Shown one piece after another: positions 36,801-42,709 of a DNA stretch of 64,000 nucleotides (within the stretch, counting starts at the first letter, position 1; each line of letters begins with the position of its first letter). Where the stretch lies: the IMG/VR virus record IMGVR_UViG_3300007539_000009, positions 32,001 to 96,000 of that record, one strand, 5' to 3'. This DNA is from a virus. The notes under the pieces were generated by a model. The model ran no database searches. It was not told where the DNA came from and saw only the letters and a list, made by a program, of their open reading frames with translations. The position numbers and the translations under genes are program-made.

Positions 36801-38050
36801 GGCACAAAGAGCGTCTGCCCTTTCTTGATAGCACCAAGCGAGAGGTGGTTGGTCACACCGACCTTATCGCCCTCAGGTGTATGCAGCGGGTCGAGCAGGC
36901 TGAAGTGCGACGGGTGTACGGTGCGCACGTCGTCAGTAATGGCGTGCGAGCTCGAGATGCCGCCGTCTCCGATGGTTGTGACCAAGGCATTGACCGAGGC
37001 CATGTCCAGCGGGTTGTTCTGGTCGCTGTAGCGCGTGAACTCCGACGTGGTGAAGAACTGGGTGACCGGCTCAGAGAACGTCATCGGCGGGATGACAGAG
37101 TCGATCGTCGGGTTCCGCATCAGCTCGAACTTGAGCTTGCGCTGAATGGCAGGAGCAGCGTTCTGGATCTTCTCAGGTACGAAGTCCTCGACTGAGTGGA
37201 TCGATTTGAACGCCAGAGACTCTTTGTCGTCTGCCTGCGCTTCCTTGCGCGAAACAGCCAGCGCTTTCTTGACGCCTTCGTAGAACGCCGAGCGATCAAT
37301 CTTGCTGACCGGCCGGCCTACCGTCAGCTTGTTGACAGCAGGGTCCAGCGGCTTTGATTCCATGAACTCCCTGACGAGCCTCATCTGCTCGTCGAGTTCG
37401 TTGCTCTGCGCGTAGGGCCGCAGCTTCGACAACATACGCTCTACGTCTCTGCGCAGATCCGCAGCCTCGAAGTTAGTCGGGTAGAGCTCGTTCGTCAGCA
37501 ACTGCCGGATCTCAGCATCGCGCATCCCCATGCAGCGCAGCACAGAGTAGATCGGCACATGGAAGCCGGAGCCGATACGCAGCCGGATTAGACCCGTATC
37601 CCGGTTAAGCAGGATTTTGAGCGTTCTCGACGCTGTGGTGTTGAGGAACACCTCAACCTGGTTGTCGTTAGCATCTGACGTGTAGATACCAGGACGCAGA
37701 CGAAACTGGCTGACGACTTGGACTTCCTTGCCCTTTACCAGGTAGCTGCCGTTGGCCGTAAGGTGCGGTATTAGCAAGATCGGATGCCGGTTTTTCTCGT
37801 CCAGCACCTTGCCACTCTCGTTCTTGATCTTGACGTCAGCTACCAGGACAGCATTGAGCGTGCCCTCTTTGAGCTTCACGTCTCGCTGTCGCTTGACGTC
37901 TAGCAGTACGTCAGCACCCACTTTGCGCCAACGGAAGTTGGACGCAGTAAGCGTGCTCTTGTCCCCGATCACCGGGAACTGAGCTTTGACGATGTCCTCG
38001 CTTTTAGCCAGGAGCTCCGTGAAGCGCTCTAAGTGCGCGGACTCAATCAT
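30884..38050 (-). CDS. rpoBC: Single-chain multisubunit-type RNA polymerase (beta-beta' fusion) containing an intein
   Basis: beta motifs: DQNNPL, VHPSH..LDPLHTPEG, NRVLMG, GYNFEDGI, GDKLSSRHGSKG, QRIG. beta' motifs: GRAQDLTGRSTVI, LMNRAPSLH, catalytic NMDFDGD (32822-32842), bridge helix GARKGL, trigger loop QTIGERATQVTLRAFHTGG. No stop at the junction near 33990. Confidence 0.95.
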   Translation of the reverse strand: MIESAHLERFTELLAKSEDIVKAQFPVIGDKSTLTASNFRWRKVGADVLLDVKRQRDVKLKEGTLNAVLVADVKIKNESGKVLDEKNRHPILLIPHLTANGSYLVKGKEVQVVSQFRLRPGIYTSDANDNQVEVFLNTTASRTLKILLNRDTGLIRLRIGSGFHVPIYSVLRCMGMRDAEIRQLLTNELYPTNFEAADLRRDVERMLSKLRPYAQSNELDEQMRLVREFMESKPLDPAVNKLTVGRPVSKIDRSAFYEGVKKALAVSRKEAQADDKESLAFKSIHSVEDFVPEKIQNAAPAIQRKLKFELMRNPTIDSVIPPMTFSEPVTQFFTTSEFTRYSDQNNPLDMASVNALVTTIGDGGISSSHAITDDVRTVHPSHFSLLDPLHTPEGDKVGVTNHLSLGAIKKGQTLFVPVYVAATGKRTEVSVQDLDGTTVAFPDQYSNMPEDPKKGFDGKPKPKDPESVRARRRNQIADVKASEVDYIFVSPDAFFSSTTAMVPFLNNNHANRVLMGDKHVEQSVGLVDPDKPLVQHRLAGGGYEELFGSALTPKAVDIRTGEARGGVVTEVTDDYIKIRPSRGRVYKVPLRHNYPLNSNTYLHDEPIVKVGDRVKAGQDVARNNFTKDGSLAMGKNLKVAYTAWKGYNFEDGIVISESCAKKLTSTHKYEFRVQIKKKVHVGRKKYLAAFPTEVANCPADLYTESGIVKKGATVPPGTVLIPAIQEAEYHPEYDYSKLHRSAGLKFVDISEVWDSAYEGTVVDVVESRGFVKVYIHTKEQMQVGDKLSSRHGSKGIVTCFDDQTDILTANGWKPFSELTLSDKISAQIGGRLEFVTPEALHRFDYSGPMYGVANDHLDYLVTPDHRVWSRIEHYRGQTAEYKFQRADEVKGRRYLQYAAKSSLPEHTAAVFVLPKAARAKGRDCLRKFNTEDFAELLGWYLAEGCLAGGRYGVAQVRQYRIHIAQSQVANPDNCKRIGALLTKLGITWKYHYTDKSRGHGYFRFANKAVYEYLHSLGNAWEKYIPEHWFHTSQAALTRLVDAFNLGDGAKRPKHQAMCISITSEQLAVDLHRAWVLTGGSGVIRFVAGRNEYRDQWCLSLYRDRVEQGFQNKDRYTTEYSGEVFCVTVPGGLVYVRRNGKCHWSGNCILPDNEMPKGQDDQTIDLLMNPAGVPGRVNTGQLFEAAAGKLAEKTGKVYYADNFNEKGTAGTLQKLKKELADAGISDEETIVDPTTGDQLDDVLVGNMTWFKLKHQVSKKISARAATGERYSVDQQPTKGGDASAQRIGALDTFSLLSGDATAFLHDAFGLKSQRNDEYWRAVQTGQPTPPPQTPFVEEKFIAMLLAAGINLEQSGSTIKATPMTDNEILSMSSGELKKPLVVNAKNLNPEKGGLFDPGLTGGIGGNRWNHITLETPVVHPLMIDAVAAVGAFKTKKQLQQIIDRQLFVTPDGQITEEAEGNITGADGVRRILDNVDVEKEIQITEKAAAGKRGTGLDKAHKRLRYLKALKVSGIKPADAYVNKQLPVIPPKFRQIAVQPDGTLSVADAVHGYREVMLVNNQIRELRRLGVDEENLRPLYQALTGAVGGVVGTSDPLTRARNFQGFVSQIKGKTAPKYGFFQSKVSGRAQDLTGRSTVIPNPKMHLDEVGVPQEMAARVYKPFVVKRLQSMGKTPIEARKAIEENDPLAVKALEIEMEHRPVLMNRAPSLHKFSIQAFKPRLIQGKAVEVNPLIVGGFNMDFDGDTAGIHVPVSEEARKEAFDRLLPSKNLFSPQDHSLVHSPTKETALGVYLMTTPKVRGNTPSVSNWESLFQLYRDKKVKANQAARVGGQVHCIGQWIYAQTFPQAVRPAYRSTTRKLMDADLERAGRELSSGEAARVITEVKNLGNHYVTEVGFSVSLRDLEIDTKKRDAVIRKAKRRSKTVGYDVAANEAVAELSLLLDAAINNRFVEAGPLSGALGKKGQIQQMVLSPVGTRDHKNQVVPIIVGKSYAEGHDLGAYLSTTPGARKGLIDKGLSVADTGYLSRLLVNSNVEMTIKADDCGTMQGIEMSLDDKEISDRYGAEGAYRNQIITQELARRLRQKGEKRIKVRSPMTCKAVGGICQKCFGLDESGKSPRIGFHIGALAGQTIGERATQVTLRAFHTGGAVGSESNLGFDRIKQILEMPQTIRGKAVLAQNDGVVNKIEPGPTGGDYVFVSGTRHFIPQELATKVTRGQRVKAGDQLSRHGIVEPKELLDLTGDLPRVQNYLIDELDKNYSASGSKIRRKIYETAITPLTNRAKVTEANDGSKFGVVSGDFVLTNQIEEYNAKIRKMRGKEIEYEPLVAGIKAAPSYSTDFVGSLIHEKLQKTLERAPTMGLKTDLQKGHPISQLALTNLRSIDSVKRPVKI
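34613..35656 (-). mobile_element. Intein (348 aa) with LAGLIDADG-type homing endonuclease, in the RNAP beta part
   Basis: Begins CFDDQTDILTANGWK after GSKGIVT, ends VRRNGKCHWSGN before Cys (CILPDNEMP). Contains LLGWYLAEG and AFNLGDG motifs. Removing it restores the RHGxKG...P..EMP beta motif. Confidence 0.9.
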
Positions 38051-38474
38051 CAGCGTCGTCCGACAACCCAGCGAAAAGCTCGTTCAGCTCTTCGTCATCT
38101 TCGCTGTTCAGGACGCGCCGTGCTTCTGCCTGGTCATCTCCTTCGCGCAGCTCTTGCTGGGACTTGTAGAGCGGAAGGTTATCGCCCTTCTCGAAGTAGA
38201 TGACGCGGATGAAGTAGTCACCGGCAGCTGAGGTCTTCTCAGTAGCGCTGATGACTTCGTAGCGCGCCGTATCGTTGTACAGCACCTGCCATCGACGGCA
38301 GTCAATGTCCTTGTTCATGTCGAGCAGCTCGATACGTCGAGCACGCGACACGTCCATCTCCTCAGAGTCAATACGCAGGAGCGCAGCAGTGAGCTTGGGC
38401 ATAGCTCCTTGCTGCTTCAGTCGTTGTGCAACGCCTTGCTGCACTCGGTCTGTGAGGGTCCTGCGTCGGGTCAT
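38043..38474 (-). CDS. Hypothetical protein between portal and RNAP
   Basis: Overlaps the portal stop and the RNAP start; acidic tail. Confidence 0.65.
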   Translation of the reverse strand: MTRRRTLTDRVQQGVAQRLKQQGAMPKLTAALLRIDSEEMDVSRARRIELLDMNKDIDCRRWQVLYNDTARYEVISATEKTSAAGDYFIRVIYFEKGDNLPLYKSQQELREGDDQAEARRVLNSEDDEELNELFAGLSDDADD

Positions 38475-40432
38475 ACCGGACTGTTCTCTCTGCGCGGCGG
38501 CTTCTGCTCAGGCAGCGGCTTGATGTCGTTCACCTGATCTTGGATCAGCCTCTGACGCCGCCTGATGGCAGCAGCTAGCGCCGGGTTGGTCTGCTGTAGG
38601 ACGGCAATCTCATGCTCGATCATGTTCGGCGGGATCGTTTTGAGCATGTTGTCCGACATAGTGTCGAGCATCTGAGGATCAGCCTGCCAAGACGTGTCCC
38701 CAGGCTGCTGACCTTGTTGCGGAGCGCCAGCCGCAGCGGACTGATCAGGAGCACCACTAGGTGCTCCATTAGGCGTCCCGCCTTGGTAGGGGTCTCCACC
38801 TCCAGTTTGGGCGTTCGGATCCCCTTTTGGTGCGTACTCAGCGATGTAGCCTTGCTCCCGAGCTTCGCGGATATCCGCCTCGAGTGCCTTCTGTTGGGCC
38901 ACTTGAGCCTTTGCAGCGTACTCAGCCTGGATCACGCTGGCCTGTCCTTGGACCTTGGCAGCCTGCAGCTGCTGACGCTCCATGACTGCCAAGCGCTCGA
39001 TCTCTTCCTTCTGCTTGCGCGTGTTCTCGCGCTCGAAGTCGAAGCCGAGCTCTTCGATCGTGGTCTGATCGGACAGCGTGTTCGTTTGCCGCAGCGACAG
39101 CGCGATCTGCTTCTGCTGCGCGTCGTCCGCCATCTTGAAGTCACGGTGACGCAGGTGAATCGGCGGCATGCCGCACCAGCGCGTCAAGCGCGGGATGACG
39201 AAGTCCTTGAGGAAGTTATCGAGCTGCTCAATCTTGTTCAGGAAGATGTTCTCCAGAACACGCAGCGAGATTGACGAGCCAGTCCAATTGAGTCCGCCGT
39301 ACACAAACTCCTGGGGCGTGTCCAGACCACCAGTGATCTGCTCCCGCACCATCGTCATGTCGTTGTGGACATTGAGCGCCTGCGCGTCACCACGGATGTT
39401 CAGCATCTGCGCAGGGAACGGCATGGTGTAGATACCGTTCTGATCACGACGCCACTTCTGGATGATGTTCATCATCTTGTCTGACCAGTCCCCGAGGTCC
39501 GCAGCCATGTGCGGGCTGGGGCCGCCAGCGGGTGCTGAGGGCGTGAGGACAGTCAGCGGCAAAACGTGATCAAGCGCAATCGCTTCTTGTGCCCGGCGGT
39601 ACGTCTGGAAGAGCCAAGCGTCTTTGAAGACCGGGAGAAGCGGCGGGAGCCCGAAAGCGTCGTCCTCCATAGAGACGCTCGGGTTCTTGAAGTGGTAGAT
39701 GTTGTCGGGATCTAGCTTGACGTTCTTCTTCTCCTTCGTCGCCTTGAGGATCGACATCGGAGTTTCAAGGATTAGATCGCGGTTGGAGTTGGCGTCCTGA
39801 ACACGCTTACGCAGCCACTGAGGGATGCGGTAGATGTACGTCGAGCTGTCGCTGAACGGGTTGTACCGGACGTCGATGTACTTCGGGTTCCAGCGAATGA
39901 TCTTGGTTCGCTTCCGGTTCTTGACCGGCCGATCGTAGACCTCGAAGTCTTTGTTCTGCGTCTTGCACTCAGGGCAGTGACCCTCGAATCGGTTGTCGCG
40001 GTACTTCCAGTCCTTGTGCGTCCGCGCCATGAACTTGTGCCCGCAGTGCTTACAAATCAGGTGCCGGTCGAACGGTCGGTAGATGGACGCAAAGGCGTTG
40101 CCGTAAACCTCGTTGTCCAGCAGCAGCTTGTACTCCGCCTCGCGCAGCTTGATGTTGCGCTCGAGCAGCTCACGCCACGCTCTAGTTGAGTACGAGCTCT
40201 CAGACTCGTAGATCAGCGGTGTGATGACATACGAGCACTTCTTGTTGATCGTCGGAGCGATCTCGGAGTGCGTCGTGTAGAGGTACAAGCACCACCGAAA
40301 CATCTCCTTGACGGAGTTCGGGATGTAGCTGGTGCTCGGGTCGAAGAACGGGTGAGCGTAGTTGCCTAGCCCGCGTCCTCTGCTGCCAGAGCCTGACCGG
40401 TTGCCAAGTGAGTTACTGGATTCGAGGCTCAT
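38471..40432 (-). CDS. Portal protein with zinc-ribbon insertion
   Basis: LLLDNEVYGNAF, IYHFK.P...FGLPPL, EQITGGLDTPQEFVYG, HLRHRDFKMADD segments typical of portals. CKHC...CPEC insert. Confidence 0.75.
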   Translation of the reverse strand: MSLESSNSLGNRSGSGSRGRGLGNYAHPFFDPSTSYIPNSVKEMFRWCLYLYTTHSEIAPTINKKCSYVITPLIYESESSYSTRAWRELLERNIKLREAEYKLLLDNEVYGNAFASIYRPFDRHLICKHCGHKFMARTHKDWKYRDNRFEGHCPECKTQNKDFEVYDRPVKNRKRTKIIRWNPKYIDVRYNPFSDSSTYIYRIPQWLRKRVQDANSNRDLILETPMSILKATKEKKNVKLDPDNIYHFKNPSVSMEDDAFGLPPLLPVFKDAWLFQTYRRAQEAIALDHVLPLTVLTPSAPAGGPSPHMAADLGDWSDKMMNIIQKWRRDQNGIYTMPFPAQMLNIRGDAQALNVHNDMTMVREQITGGLDTPQEFVYGGLNWTGSSISLRVLENIFLNKIEQLDNFLKDFVIPRLTRWCGMPPIHLRHRDFKMADDAQQKQIALSLRQTNTLSDQTTIEELGFDFERENTRKQKEEIERLAVMERQQLQAAKVQGQASVIQAEYAAKAQVAQQKALEADIREAREQGYIAEYAPKGDPNAQTGGGDPYQGGTPNGAPSGAPDQSAAAGAPQQGQQPGDTSWQADPQMLDTMSDNMLKTIPPNMIEHEIAVLQQTNPALAAAIRRRQRLIQDQVNDIKPLPEQKPPRRENSPV

Positions 40433-40435
40433 AGA

Positions 40436-41032
40436 TCACTTAGGCACGGCCATTTGGCCAATCTTGTTGGCTACGTACAGATCGATGTTGTAGAGGCGAT
40501 TCGACTGTACCTGAACGACATCCTCTAGATCAGGGTTGTCATTCCGCTTGGGCTGAATCGCGCGAATAAGGTCTTTGTACTCAGCGTCTGGTTCAGGCTG
40601 AGCAAAGGCAAGCATAGCTGGGTACTTGATCAGCCCGTCGCGTCGGCAGCACGCCTGCACGTACCCCTGCACTTCACGGCTGAACGTGCGCTTCTTGAGC
40701 GGCAGCAAAGCTCGAAGAGCATACTCAAGCTCCTCGACCGCGACCGGCTCGAACAAGTCAATGTCGTAAGGCAGATCGTTCATCGCCAGGCACGTGTTCT
40801 CGAACACGTGGGCATCCGTGAAGAATCGATCTGTGAGCTTGAATGCCCGAAGAGCCATGATCTTGCTCTTCACAATGTCCGAGCACTGAGCGTGGAACTC
40901 GCGCTCAATCTCGGACCACAGCGTCTCCGGCTCCCATTCCAACCAGGCGCCACCAAACTGCTTACTCAGCAGCTCTTGGTAGACGCCTGGAAGTATGTGG
41001 TGGGCGCGAAATACGCCCGCAAGCTCTTTCAT
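40436..41032 (-). CDS. Hypothetical protein
   Basis: 198-aa globular-looking ORF, tightly packed between neighbours. Confidence 0.65.
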   Translation of the reverse strand: MKELAGVFRAHHILPGVYQELLSKQFGGAWLEWEPETLWSEIEREFHAQCSDIVKSKIMALRAFKLTDRFFTDAHVFENTCLAMNDLPYDIDLFEPVAVEELEYALRALLPLKKRTFSREVQGYVQACCRRDGLIKYPAMLAFAQPEPDAEYKDLIRAIQPKRNDNPDLEDVVQVQSNRLYNIDLYVANKIGQMAVPK

Positions 41033-42051
41033 CAGCCAAAGTACTCGTCGAGGGCTTCGCGGTACGGCCCATCGAACTCAGACTTCAGATCTCGAGCAAC
41101 GCTGGCCGTCTTGACGTACGAAGTATCCCATCGCGGGAACCTGTTCTCAAGATCAACCAGGAACTGATCCTTGGTTGTCAGACCCTCCGCAGGAGCCAGC
41201 TTGTGCTGTGCCTCCATGCGCCGAAGCTCGTTGGCTGTCTTGCGCAGGTCCATACCACCGAAGCAGGCAAGGTACGGGTCGCGCATCTCCGGGCCGTATT
41301 TGGGACGAAGGCCAGCTGCACGATCGAGCGTTTCGATCTCTTGGGCGAGCTTGATGCCGTCCTGTGGGTCGTCTAGCACCGGCTGGTGGTTAGCCAGCTT
41401 GGTGTAGATGTCCGAGAACTCAGTGCCCTCTGTCAGGGTGCTTCGGTCTCTGAGCTCGCCCTCGAACCACGGGCCCAGAATCGGCTTCGGCACGTAGTCC
41501 CAGACTCGATCGTCAGTGATGGCAGCAGTTCCAGCCTGCTTGAGCAGGCCGTCCGCAAACTCACAACGATCACGCGGAGTCATCTTGGAGTAGTTGCGAA
41601 CGAACTGATCCTGCAGCACTTCGGCGACCTTCTCGAGGCTGCCAACGCACTGCTGCTCCGGGGCCTGCTCTACCACCACTTGAATGACGGTCGGGTCCGC
41701 ATCGCTCGCTGCTTCTGCCAGCTTCTGCAGTCCAGAGCTGGGCCGGAGGCCGTAGTGCTCGAACGCTGCATTGATCCGCGAAGCAGCCGTCTTCACCACA
41801 TCCTCGGGCAGCGACTCAGCGTTGCTCTCGAGATACGCTGCTGAGAAGAACGCAGCTGCGCGGGTGTGGATCGGGTATCGGCGTTGATTGACACTACCGT
41901 CAGCGATCTTCACGGCGAAGGCGCGGTCGGGAAGCGAGTCAATCTCGTGAGGGTGGGGGAGCTCCTTACCGAAGAGCTGTTGGGCGTCGATGCTGTTGAC
42001 GAACGAAGGATCGTCATACGCATCGATCACCATCCCGGCGAGTTTGAACAT
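41032..42051 (-). CDS. Head-associated protein saturated with K-x-A sites
   Basis: 11 of 17 lysines are in K-x-A (hand count). Confidence 0.75.
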   Translation of the reverse strand: MFKLAGMVIDAYDDPSFVNSIDAQQLFGKELPHPHEIDSLPDRAFAVKIADGSVNQRRYPIHTRAAAFFSAAYLESNAESLPEDVVKTAASRINAAFEHYGLRPSSGLQKLAEAASDADPTVIQVVVEQAPEQQCVGSLEKVAEVLQDQFVRNYSKMTPRDRCEFADGLLKQAGTAAITDDRVWDYVPKPILGPWFEGELRDRSTLTEGTEFSDIYTKLANHQPVLDDPQDGIKLAQEIETLDRAAGLRPKYGPEMRDPYLACFGGMDLRKTANELRRMEAQHKLAPAEGLTTKDQFLVDLENRFPRWDTSYVKTASVARDLKSEFDGPYREALDEYFG

Positions 42052-42683
42052 CAGTTCTTGGCCTCCTGGCCGTCCTTGGTCTTGGCAGCAGGCTTTTTGT
42101 CCTGCTTAGCGTCCTTGTCGTCCGCTTTGCCCTTACTCGGCTTAACCGTGGCCTTGGCCGCCGCACCAGCCACATCAGGCTTCTTACCTGACGCCTTCGG
42201 CTCAGCCTTTTCGGACTTTGCCTTATCTGCTGCTTTGGCCTCAGCCTTCGGTTCGGCCGAACCCTTAGACCCAGATGCCCGGGTCTTAACAGCCGCAGCT
42301 GCACCGGCTGTAGCCGGATTCTTAGCTTCTGCGATCTGCTGTTCGAGTTGCGTGTATTGGAGTCTGAGTTTTGCGTTCTCTACCAGCGTCTGGAGTCGCT
42401 GGTTCTCTGCCTGCACGGGATCGATCATCATCCCGGGCGGAGGCGCTGCACCGACAGCGGCGTCTGCAGGCTGCTCGGGAGCGGCAGGACCGGTTTGCGT
42501 AACCTCGTCCGGCACTGCAGGGGCCTGCTGAGCGGCAGGATCACCCTGCGGCTTGGGGGCTTTGGCTGACGGCATCTGCTGCCCAGGAAGGCTGCGCTGC
42601 TGTGTAGCGTCCCACTTGAGCTCGATGTTGGCGAGCTTAGCCAGGCCGTCTACGTAGCCGCGGTAGAGGGTTCGGACGTTCAT
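42051..42683 (-). CDS. Tagged protein with Pro/Ala linker, coiled coil and Lys/Ala-rich tail
   Basis: GYVDGLAKLAN near the N-terminus; histone-H1-like KA-rich C-terminal third. Confidence 0.7.
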   Translation of the reverse strand: MNVRTLYRGYVDGLAKLANIELKWDATQQRSLPGQQMPSAKAPKPQGDPAAQQAPAVPDEVTQTGPAAPEQPADAAVGAAPPPGMMIDPVQAENQRLQTLVENAKLRLQYTQLEQQIAEAKNPATAGAAAAVKTRASGSKGSAEPKAEAKAADKAKSEKAEPKASGKKPDVAGAAAKATVKPSKGKADDKDAKQDKKPAAKTKDGQEAKN

Positions 42684-42709
42684 TTCGTTAGTCCTTGGAC
42701 TACTTCAGC

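Noticed and set aside
36494-39274. 233-aa and 220-aa + strand ORFs opposite the RNAP and portal genes
   Set aside because: Antisense to highly conserved genes; no independent support.
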